Positions 1-8,906 of a DNA stretch of 23,449 nucleotides are shown here, piece by piece; position 1 is the first letter of the stretch, and each line of letters opens with the position of its first letter. The position numbers and the translations under genes were made by a program. The notes under the pieces were generated by a model. It saw nothing but the letters and a program-made list of their open reading frames with translations, searched no databases and was not told the DNA's origin. Source of the DNA: a bacterium (GTDB lineage: Bacteria > Hydrothermota > Tepidihabitantia > Tepidihabitantales > Tepidihabitantaceae); NCBI GenBank assembly GCA_046485285.1, contig JAWOHE010000055.1:1-23449 (forward strand), read 5' to 3'.

Positions 1-200
1 TAGGTCACGACGTCGACGGAACGGGCGAATCCGCGCAGCGCCTCCGCGTCCTCGTAGGGCGCCGAGGTCGTGCGCCAGGCCACATGGGACGCCGGGCAGT
101 CCGTGCCGGGTTCGTAAATGTGGCAGCGCAGTCCGAGCCGCGCGGCCGCCATCGACAGCATCCGCCCCAGCTGCCCTCCGCCCACAGCGGCACGGCTCAT
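1..200 (-). CDS. purK: N5-carboxyaminoimidazole ribonucleotide synthase (PurK) N-terminal fragment; runs off the window; 5' end probably chimeric
   Basis: Manual translation from ATG at 200: MSRAAVGGGQLGRMLSMAAARLGLRCHIYEPGTDCPASHVAWRTTSAPYEDAEALRGFARSVDVVT. GGGQLGRM and ..L..FA.SVDVVT are PurK hallmarks. The usual IGIL strand before GGGQ is missing, and the first codons lie inside the IS-end sequence. Confidence 0.85.
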   Translation of the reverse strand, partial: MSRAAVGGGQLGRMLSMAAARLGLRCHIYEPGTDCPASHVAWRTTSAPYEDAEALRGFARSVDVVT

Positions 201-225
201 TTTGCAGACAATTCGGCACTTGACC
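187..225 (+). mobile_element. Right terminal inverted repeat (IRR) remnant of an IS256-family element
   Basis: The reverse complement of 199-224 (GTCAAGTGCCGAATTGTCTGCAAAAT) matches 23265-23290 (GTTGCGTGCCATAATGTCTGCAAATT) at 19/26. 187-199 is the exact reverse complement of 23311-23323 (TGAGCCGTGCCGC). The + frame reads LQTIRHLT, resembling IS256 transposase C-termini that run into the IRR. Confidence 0.7.
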
Positions 226-267
226 CCGGGTGCGGCTCGAAGCGCTCCGGGCCCGTCTGCCGAAGCC

Positions 268-1551
268 TTACCTCGCCAGCACCAGCCGGCCGGATTCGCC
301 GGTGTCCTGCCTGCGGACGAAGTAGACCCCGGGCGCAAGGTGCCGGACGTCATTCTCGCCGGGCTGGAGCAGGGCGACCCGCCGGCCGTCCGGCGCGTAC
401 AGCCCGACGCCCTCGGTCCCGGCGAGATGAACTGAGTACCGCGCCGGGTTGGGCCGGAGCCCCAGTGCCGGTCGGGCGACCGGTGCAGGACGCGGCTCCT
501 CGACCCCGGCACCGAGGAACTCGATTATCCGCAGGCCCCAGAGACCGTCGGAAACATAGGCCAGGTTGCCAGCCGCGGCCACGTCGTTGGCGAAAAGTGG
601 CTGGAACCCACCGACCCGGTAGTGCCCGACCTCCGCCGGGTGTTCTGGGCTTGCGACATCGAGGATACGCAGGCCCCTTACCGCTGCCGCGGCATACAAC
701 AAGCTGCCGGACCGGGCCACTCCGAGACACCCGCTACGCACAGGCCAAGATGCTGCCAGCACTGGCTCCGCCGGGTCGGAAACGTCAATCACGCGGACAT
801 AGCCGGAGTCCCGGGGGTACGGCCATCCGTCGTCCGCCACATAGGCATAGTTACCGGTCACTGCCACGCGATAGAACGAGCCCGGTCCGGGCGCGGCACA
901 GAACCCGACTTCGTGCGGGTTCGCCGGGTCGCTCACGTCAATGATGCGCAGCCCTGAATCAACGTCCGACACGTACGCCAGTTCACCGACAACCGCCACA
1001 TCCCAAGCGAAGCTGGCCGGGTAGTGCCCGGCCTCAGCCGGGTGCTGCGGGTCACTGACGTCGACAATCCGCAGGCCGTCGTCCAAGGCAGCAAGATACA
1101 CGTAGTCGCCGACAACCGCCATTCGCCACCCGCTGTAGCCGGCATCCAGGCTCCCGAGATGCGCCGGTTCGGCAGGGTCAGTGACGTCCCAGACCTTGAG
1201 CGCGAACTCCTCTGCGCTCGTCGCGTACAGCCGGTTCGACTGGCAGGCCACCGAGTAAAAGTCGCCGACCCTGTCGAGGCGTATAACCGAGAGCATCCGG
1301 GGTTGTGACGGGTCGCTGACGTCGAGCACGTACACGCTGCTCCTCGTCCCGTGCTCCCAGTCCGTGCTGTCCATGCACAGGTAGACGATATCGCGGTCCG
1401 GGTCAAGGGCAACCGACCAGCCTCCCTGGTCGTCGCCCCGGTCACCCGGCCAGAGCCCGACCTGCCGGCAGTTGAGCGAGTCCTGCCCGAGCGCAGGCAA
1501 CGCCAGCGCGAGCAGAACGACAATCGTTGGAATCAGCAGGAATCGGACCAT
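268..1551 (-). CDS. Secreted LVIVD-repeat beta-propeller protein with T9SS type-A CTD-like tail (427 aa)
   Basis: ATG at 1551 follows SD AGGGAGG. Signal peptide MVRFLLIPTIVVLLALALPALG. Six to seven repeats such as GLRIVDVSDPQHP, GLRIIDVSDPANP and GLRILDVASPEHP. C-terminus GVEE...PNPAR...LAPGVYFVR...RLVLAR. Confidence 0.85.
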   Translation of the reverse strand: MVRFLLIPTIVVLLALALPALGQDSLNCRQVGLWPGDRGDDQGGWSVALDPDRDIVYLCMDSTDWEHGTRSSVYVLDVSDPSQPRMLSVIRLDRVGDFYSVACQSNRLYATSAEEFALKVWDVTDPAEPAHLGSLDAGYSGWRMAVVGDYVYLAALDDGLRIVDVSDPQHPAEAGHYPASFAWDVAVVGELAYVSDVDSGLRIIDVSDPANPHEVGFCAAPGPGSFYRVAVTGNYAYVADDGWPYPRDSGYVRVIDVSDPAEPVLAASWPVRSGCLGVARSGSLLYAAAAVRGLRILDVASPEHPAEVGHYRVGGFQPLFANDVAAAGNLAYVSDGLWGLRIIEFLGAGVEEPRPAPVARPALGLRPNPARYSVHLAGTEGVGLYAPDGRRVALLQPGENDVRHLAPGVYFVRRQDTGESGRLVLAR

Positions 1552-1604
1552 CGTGTCCTCCCTTCGGCCCGCGGGACTCGCGGAGAGGTCAGGGCCGGTC
1601 AAAG

Positions 1605-1649
1605 CTAAGTGCCGCCCCCCCCCGCACTTACTGACATCCGCACTCTCAT
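1605..1649 (-). other. Short upstream ORF (MRVRMSVSAGGGGT*) containing a G9 tract inside a 7-bp stem-loop
   Basis: Strong SD GAGGAGG precedes ATG at 1649; TAG at 1605-1607. C9 run at 1615-1623 on +, flanked by inverted repeat TAAGTGC/GCACTTA (1606-1612 and 1624-1630). Confidence 0.45.
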
Positions 1650-1763
1650 CGTTCCTCCTCGCCGGACGCCCGGCCCGGCCTGCGCAGTCCTCTACCGATT
1701 CGGCAGGGACGCGGTCCGTCTGAGCCACGGAGCCGTCGCGACTCAAGCCCTGCCGTCGGGAAC

Positions 1764-1791
1764 AGGTTAGGCAGGATGCCCCCCGTGTCAA
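1764..1791 (-). promoter_or_regulatory. Sigma70-type promoter for the LVIVD gene (about 200-nt leader)
   Basis: TTGACA-16 bp-TAACCT on the minus strand. Confidence 0.65.
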
Positions 1792-1883
1792 GAGAAGATC
1801 TCACCGTCGCGGCCGGGCCGACCTCGAAGGGGCGACCGGCCCTCGGGCGAGCAGGAGACACGGGCTGGCCGGAAGCCGGACGG

Positions 1884-2609
1884 TCAGCGGCCGATGGCGA
1901 GCCGGTCGGCGAGGAAGGCGGGCAGGCCGGCCTGCCTTATCCGGGCCTGGACCGCCGGGATGTCGTAGGCGACCCGGAAGAGACTGAACTCGCGCCGCGC
2001 GGTGTCGTATAGCGCACAGCAGGCACGCGGGTCGCCATCGCGCGGCTGGCCGACACTGCCGACGTTGACCAGGTAGCGGCCGCCCGGCCGGACCGTGAAG
2101 CCCTCGACCGGCAGGACCCGGGTCGCGCCGTCGCGCCGCTCGACCGCGAAGGGGTGGTGGGAATGGCCGATGATGCAGAGCGGCAGGGCGAACGAGTCTA
2201 TCGCCTCCTCGCACTCGCCCGCCGAAACGATGTACTCCCAGCCGGCCGGCGCCGCGGGCGAGGCGTGAACTAGGTGGACCGGGTCGGCCTTCTCGACCAG
2301 CGCGAGCGAGTCGAGGCAGGCAAGCTCGGCCTCGCCGAGCTGCCGGATGGTCCAAGCCAGCGCCGCGCGGGCGCGCTCGTTGAACGCGCCGGCCGGGTGG
2401 CGGCCGACCGCGCCCCAGTCGTGGTTGCCGGCGACGACCGTCGCCCGCAGGCCCCGGACGACGTCGATGCAGGCGGCCGGGTCCGGCCCGTAGCCGACGA
2501 TGTCGCCCGCGCAGAAGAACTGGGTCGCTCCCCGGTCCCGGAGCGTTTCGACCACCCGGCTGAGCGCTTCGAGGTTGGCGTGGACGTCGGAGAAGATGCC
2601 GAGCTTCAC
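1884..2609 (-). CDS. Metallophosphoesterase family protein (calcineurin-like, YfcE/MJ0936 type)
   Basis: Motifs SDVHAN, GDIVGYG, GNHD, GHSH and NVGSVGQPRDG. GTG start overlaps the nusB stop by 4 bp. Confidence 0.9.
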   Translation of the reverse strand: MKLGIFSDVHANLEALSRVVETLRDRGATQFFCAGDIVGYGPDPAACIDVVRGLRATVVAGNHDWGAVGRHPAGAFNERARAALAWTIRQLGEAELACLDSLALVEKADPVHLVHASPAAPAGWEYIVSAGECEEAIDSFALPLCIIGHSHHPFAVERRDGATRVLPVEGFTVRPGGRYLVNVGSVGQPRDGDPRACCALYDTARREFSLFRVAYDIPAVQARIRQAGLPAFLADRLAIGR

Positions 2610-3043
2610 GTCTCGCTACCGGGGTCCGGCGCCGGCCTGCCGGTGAGGTCCCGGAAGATGCCGTCGAGCACGCCGTTGACGAACCGGCCGGAGTCGTCGT
2701 CGCCGTACTTCCGGGCGATGTCGACCGCCTCGTTTATCGTCACCTTGGGCGGGACGTCCTCGAAGTAGGTGAGCTCGACGCAGGCCAGGCGCAGGAGCGC
2801 GCGGTCGAGGTAGCGCAGCCGCTCGAGCCGCCAGCGCCGGAGGTGCTTCCGGATCATCGCGTCGACCGCGGCCTGGTTCTTGAACACGGCATCGACCAGC
2901 CGACGCAGGTACTCCTCGGCCTCGTCTGACGGGTTGCGGCGGTGAACGATCTCGTCGATGACCTCGTCCGGCTCGTCGCCGACGAGGTCGTAGCGGTAGA
3001 CCACCTCGAGCGCGGCCTCCCGCGCCAGTCGCCGCTGGGTCAC
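2606..3043 (-). CDS. nusB: Transcription antitermination factor NusB
   Basis: RRLAREAALEVVY, W.LERL..LDRALLRLA, VPPKVTINEAVDIARKYG, FVNGVLD; conserved position downstream of ribH. Confidence 0.96.
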   Translation of the reverse strand: MTQRRLAREAALEVVYRYDLVGDEPDEVIDEIVHRRNPSDEAEEYLRRLVDAVFKNQAAVDAMIRKHLRRWRLERLRYLDRALLRLACVELTYFEDVPPKVTINEAVDIARKYGDDDSGRFVNGVLDGIFRDLTGRPAPDPGSET

Positions 3044-3049
3044 CGGGCG

Positions 3050-3514
3050 CTACTTCAGCGCGGCGTTGAGGTCGGTCATTTCGATCGCCGCCAGCGCCGC
3101 GCTCCAGCCCTTGTTGCCGGCCTTGGTGCCGGCCCGCTCGAGCGCCTGCTCGAGGGTGTCCGCGGTGATGATGCCGAAGGTCACGGGCACGCCCGAGTCG
3201 AAGTACACCTTGGCCAGCCCCTTGGCGACCTCGGCGTTGATGTACTCGTTGTGGGGCGTGTCGCCGCGGATGACCGCGCCGAGCGCGACGATGCCGTCGA
3301 ACCGCTTCGTCGCCGCGAGCTTGCGGGCGACCGCGGGGATCTCGTAGGCGCCGGCAACCCAGTAGACGTCGGTCGCCTCGGCATTGTGGCGCTCGAGGCA
3401 GTCGAGCGCTCCGGCCAGGAGCTGGCGGCTCAGCAGGTCGTTGAACCGCGACACGACCAGCGCGAACTTACGCCCGCGCGCGTCGAGCTTTCCGTGGAAC
3501 TCGCGTTTCTCCAT
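3050..3514 (-). CDS. ribH: 6,7-dimethyl-8-ribityllumazine synthase
   Basis: VVSRFN, GAYEIP, LGAVIRGDTPH, ALERAGTKAGNKG; SD AAAGGAG upstream. Confidence 0.97.
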   Translation of the reverse strand: MEKREFHGKLDARGRKFALVVSRFNDLLSRQLLAGALDCLERHNAEATDVYWVAGAYEIPAVARKLAATKRFDGIVALGAVIRGDTPHNEYINAEVAKGLAKVYFDSGVPVTFGIITADTLEQALERAGTKAGNKGWSAALAAIEMTDLNAALK

Positions 3515-4754
3515 CTCTGACTCCTTTCTCGATCTCCCCCAGCAGGTGGCCGAGCCGGTCGCGCTTGGTCACCAGGTATCGGACGTTGCGCCGGTTGGGC
3601 CGGCAGATAATCGGCACCCGCTCGGCTATCTCGAGGCCGAAGCCCTGGAGCCCGACGACCTTGCGCGGGTTGTTGGTCATCAGGCGAATGCTCGACAGGC
3701 CGAGGTCGGCGAGGATCTGGGCGCCGATGCCGTAGTCGCGCAGGTCGGGCGCGAAGCCGAGCGCGAAGTTGGCCTCGACCGTGTCGAGCCCGTCGTCCTG
3801 CAAGCGGTAAGCGCGGAGCTTGTTGGCGATGCCGATGCCCCGGCCCTCCTGCCGCATGTAGAGCACGACGCCCCGGCCCGCTCGCTGGATCGCCTTCATC
3901 GCCTCGCTGAGCTGCTGGCCGCAGTCGCAGCGCAGCGAGTGGAGCACGTCGCCGGTCAGGCACTGCGAGTGGACCCGGACCAGCACGCCCCGCCGGCCGC
4001 GGACCTCGCCCTTGACGAGCGCGATGTGGGCGTAGGGCTCGACCGCGTCCTCGTAGACGACGGCGCGGAAATCGCCGAACTCGGTCGGCAGGTCGGTTTC
4101 GACAACGCGGCGGACGAGCTGCTCGGACCGCTGGCGCCGGTCGATCAGGTCCTTGATCGTGACGATCTTGAGCCGGTGCTTCCGGGCCAGCACCCGGAGC
4201 GCCGGCAGCCGCGCCATCCGGCCGGTCTCGGTCATCACCTCGCAGAGCACGCCGGCCGGCGCGAGCCCGGCCAGCCGGGCGAGGTCGACCGTCGCCTCGG
4301 TGTGGCCCGCCCGGACCAGCACCCCGCCGTCCTCGGCGACAATCGGGAAGACGTGGCCGGGCCGGGCGAGGTCACCGGGCCGGGTCGCCGGGTCGACCAG
4401 CGCCCGGATCGTCAGCGCCCGGTCGTGGGCCGAGATGCCCGTCGTCGTGCCCCTGCGGGCGTCGACCGACACCGTGAACGCGGTGCCGTGCAGGGCGGTG
4501 TTGGCCGGCGACTGGACCCCGAGCTCTAGCTCGGCGGCCCGCGCGCGCGTCAGCGAAACGCAGACCAGCCCGCGGCCGTGGCGGGCCAGGAAGTTGACCT
4601 TGGCCGGGGTCACCTTCTCGGCGGCGAAGACGAGGTCGCCTTCGTTCTCGCGCGCCTCGTCGTCAACGACGATGACCACCCGCCCGCGGCGGATGTCGGC
4701 GACGGCCTCGTCGATTGTCGCGAACTGCCCGCGGTCGACTTCGGTCCTGCTCAC
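3468..4754 (-). CDS. ribBA: Bifunctional DHBP synthase / GTP cyclohydrolase II
   Basis: DDEARENEGD, TGISAHDR, RPGHVFP, RAGHTEA; RVHSQCLTGDV..SLRCDCG, QEGRGIG, MTNNPRK. Start reassigned to GTG at 4754 with SD GAGGAG, downstream of the promoter at 4816-4844. Confidence 0.95.
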   Translation of the reverse strand: MSRTEVDRGQFATIDEAVADIRRGRVVIVVDDEARENEGDLVFAAEKVTPAKVNFLARHGRGLVCVSLTRARAAELELGVQSPANTALHGTAFTVSVDARRGTTTGISAHDRALTIRALVDPATRPGDLARPGHVFPIVAEDGGVLVRAGHTEATVDLARLAGLAPAGVLCEVMTETGRMARLPALRVLARKHRLKIVTIKDLIDRRQRSEQLVRRVVETDLPTEFGDFRAVVYEDAVEPYAHIALVKGEVRGRRGVLVRVHSQCLTGDVLHSLRCDCGQQLSEAMKAIQRAGRGVVLYMRQEGRGIGIANKLRAYRLQDDGLDTVEANFALGFAPDLRDYGIGAQILADLGLSSIRLMTNNPRKVVGLQGFGLEIAERVPIICRPNRRNVRYLVTKRDRLGHLLGEIEKGVRDGETRVPRKARRARA

Positions 4755-4815
4755 GTGCTGGTATGCTCCTCTCCCGGGCCCGGACGGTCGGTGCGGCCCG
4801 ACGAACGCTTCGGAT

Positions 4816-4844
4816 AGGTTAGCCGAGTTGCCCGACGCAGTCAA
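4816..4844 (-). promoter_or_regulatory. Sigma70-type promoter of the ribBA-ribH-nusB operon
   Basis: TTGACT-17 bp-TAACCT. Confidence 0.65.
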
Positions 4845-4920
4845 GTCCGGCGGCCGCCCCGGGCGGCAAGTCCCGGCGAGATGGCAACTTCCGGGCCCAT
4901 GAGGTCGGACCGGGCGTTCC

Positions 4921-4948
4921 TTGACACCCCTTGAGCCGCTCATATACT
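4921..4948 (+). promoter_or_regulatory. Sigma70-type promoter of accD (leaderless)
   Basis: TTGACA-16 bp-TATACT, 6 nt before ATG 4955, with no SD. Confidence 0.75.
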
Positions 4949-4954
4949 GGCGTG

Positions 4955-6863
<1,909 letters not shown>

Positions 6864-6875
6864 GCGCCGCGGCCG

Positions 6876-7556
6876 CTACCGCACGAACAGCCACGCCAGC
6901 ACGCCCGCGAACAGCAGTGCCGGCAGCATGTTGATGACCTTGAGCTTCCTGACTTCGAGGATGTTGATGCCGAGCCCGATGAGCAACAGGCCGCCGACCG
7001 CGCTCACCTCGTTGACGATCGCGTCCGCGAGCACCGCCTGCAGGGAGCCGGCGGCAAGCGTCAGCCCGCCCTGGTAGACAAGCAGCGGCACGGCCGAGAA
7101 CGCGACCCCGATGCCGAACGTCGCGGCCAGCGCGACCGACGCGAACCCGTCCAGTACCGACTTCGCGAGGAGCAGGTTCGGCGGCTTGCCGAGCCCCTCC
7201 TCGACGGCGCCGAGCACGGTCATCGAGCCCATGCAGAAGAGCAGGAACGCCGCGACCATCCCCTCGGAGAAGCGCGCGCCGCCGAGCCGGAGCCGGCGCT
7301 TGAGGAACTCGCCGAACCGGGCCAGGTGCCGGTCGATGTCGATGAACTCGCCGGCAATCGCGCCCGGCACGACCGAGAAGATGACGACCAGCCAGTTCGC
7401 GGTCCTGATCGCCATGCTCGCGCCGATGGCGATTGAGAAGAGCCCGATGCCCTGGAAGGCAATGCCGGTCAGCCGCGCCGGCAGGCGCGCGCCGATGAGC
7501 AGGCCGGCCGCGCTGCCAGCAACCACCGCTGCGACGTTCACCAGGGTACCGATCAC
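6876..7556 (-). CDS. DUF554 family membrane protein (YdfK/YqgA-like)
   Basis: Start reassigned to GTG 7556 (MIGTLVN). LLFCMGSMTVLG, KSVLDG, YQG, GLGINIL and NMLPAL motifs; many TM segments. Confidence 0.88.
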   Translation of the reverse strand: MIGTLVNVAAVVAGSAAGLLIGARLPARLTGIAFQGIGLFSIAIGASMAIRTANWLVVIFSVVPGAIAGEFIDIDRHLARFGEFLKRRLRLGGARFSEGMVAAFLLFCMGSMTVLGAVEEGLGKPPNLLLAKSVLDGFASVALAATFGIGVAFSAVPLLVYQGGLTLAAGSLQAVLADAIVNEVSAVGGLLLIGLGINILEVRKLKVINMLPALLFAGVLAWLFVR

Positions 7557-7563
7557 GCGAGAC

Positions 7564-7592
7564 ACTATACCGGCCGGGACCGGGCCCGGCAA
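7564..7592 (-). promoter_or_regulatory. Sigma70-type promoter of the DUF554 gene (leaderless)
   Basis: TTGCCG-17 bp-TATAGT, 7 nt before GTG 7556. Confidence 0.65.
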
Positions 7593-7633
7593 GAACGGCC
7601 CGTCTGGCGGGCAAGCGGGCCTGCGGCCGGTGC

Positions 7634-7661
7634 TTGACCGCCGAATCCGCCCGGCTAGACT
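7634..7661 (+). promoter_or_regulatory. Sigma70-type promoter of the glgC operon (leaderless)
   Basis: TTGACC-16 bp-TAGACT, 6 nt before ATG 7668. Confidence 0.7.
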
Positions 7662-7667
7662 GGCGCG

Positions 7668-8906
7668 ATGGTCGAGGTGCTGACCTTCGTCCTTGCCGGC
7701 GGCCAGGGCGAGCGGCTCTTCCCGCTGACCCGCGACCGCGCCAAGCCCGCGGTGCCCTTCGGCGGGGTCTACCGCATCATCGACTTCACGCTCTCCAATT
7801 GCGTCAACTCCGGCCTCAAGCAGGTGTTCCTGCTCACCCAGTACAAGAGCTACGTCCTCGAGAAGCACATCAGCGCCGGCTGGAACATCTACTCGGCCGA
7901 ACTCGGCGAATTCATCAGCCTGCTCCCGCCCCAGCAGCGGATGTCAAAGGACTGGTACCGCGGCACCGCCGACGCGGTCTACCAGAACACCTACGTCGTC
8001 AGCGAGATGAGCCCGGAGTACGTGCTCGTCCTCTCCGGCGACCACGTCTACCGGCTCGATTACCGCAAGATGCTTAGCTTCCACAAGCAGGTCAAGGCCG
8101 ACGCGACGATCGGGCTCTACGAGGTCCCGATCGCCCAGGCGACGCGCTTCGGGGTGATGGTCACCGACGAGGACGACCGCATCGTCGGGTTCGAGGAGAA
8201 GCCCCGCCGGCCGAAGGCCAAGCCCGGAGCGCCCGACCGGGCGCTGGTGTCGATGGGCGTCTACCTGTTCTCAACCCCGGCGCTGATGGGCTCGCTGCTC
8301 GTCAACGCTGAGAACCCGGACTCGACCCACGACTTCGGCCGCGACGTCATCCCCTCGATGATCGGCGGCTACCGGGTGTTCGGCTACCGCTTCGCCGACG
8401 AACCGCCGAGGTCGGCGGCCCTCCACCAACACGCCGCCGAGCCGTACTGGCGCGACGTCGGAACGATCGACGACTACTACCGGGCGAATATGGAACTCGT
8501 CGCCCCGGTCCCGCCCTTCAACCTCTACGACCGCCACTGGCCGGTCCGCACCCGGCCCCGGCCCGACCCGCCCGCCAAGACCGTCCACTCCGACCTCGCC
8601 GGCGGCCGCGCCGGCCTCGCGCTCGACTCCCTGCTCGCCGACGGCGTCATCGTCTCGGGCGGACGGGTCGAGCGCTCGATTCTCGGTCCCCGGGTCCGGA
8701 TCCACTCGTACGCGCAGGTCGAAGAGTCGGTGCTGTTCAGCGATGTCGAGGTCGGCCGCCACGCGCGCATCCGGCGCGCCATCATCGACAAGATGGTCCG
8801 CGTACCGGACCGGGCCGAGATCGGCGTTGACCTGGAGGCCGACCGCCGGCGCTTCCACGTCACCGAGGAAGGGGTCGTCGTTCTCGCCCGGGGCGCTTCG
8901 CTGTGA
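7668..8906 (+). CDS. glgC: Glucose-1-phosphate adenylyltransferase
   Basis: LAGGQGERLFPLT.DRAKPAVPFGG, WYRGTADAVYQN, SGDH, FEEKP, DFGRD, YWRDVGT, and a C-terminal beta-helix. Confidence 0.96.
   Translation: MVEVLTFVLAGGQGERLFPLTRDRAKPAVPFGGVYRIIDFTLSNCVNSGLKQVFLLTQYKSYVLEKHISAGWNIYSAELGEFISLLPPQQRMSKDWYRGTADAVYQNTYVVSEMSPEYVLVLSGDHVYRLDYRKMLSFHKQVKADATIGLYEVPIAQATRFGVMVTDEDDRIVGFEEKPRRPKAKPGAPDRALVSMGVYLFSTPALMGSLLVNAENPDSTHDFGRDVIPSMIGGYRVFGYRFADEPPRSAALHQHAAEPYWRDVGTIDDYYRANMELVAPVPPFNLYDRHWPVRTRPRPDPPAKTVHSDLAGGRAGLALDSLLADGVIVSGGRVERSILGPRVRIHSYAQVEESVLFSDVEVGRHARIRRAIIDKMVRVPDRAEIGVDLEADRRRFHVTEEGVVVLARGASL

Noticed and set aside
177..186. TGTGGGCGGA on the minus strand equals the first 10 bp of the Tn7 ends and sits at the purK junction
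   Set aside because: Largely explained by the purK codons for V-G-G. There are no repeated TnsB-binding sites or tns genes.
4755..4943. N-terminal extension of ribBA to 4943, or an FMN riboswitch in this spacer
   Set aside because: The extension is low-complexity and crosses both divergent promoters. No RFN consensus was seen.
7557..7868. N-terminal extension of the DUF554 ORF
   Set aside because: It overlaps glgC antisense. Family-like sequence starts at MIGTLVN right after a promoter.
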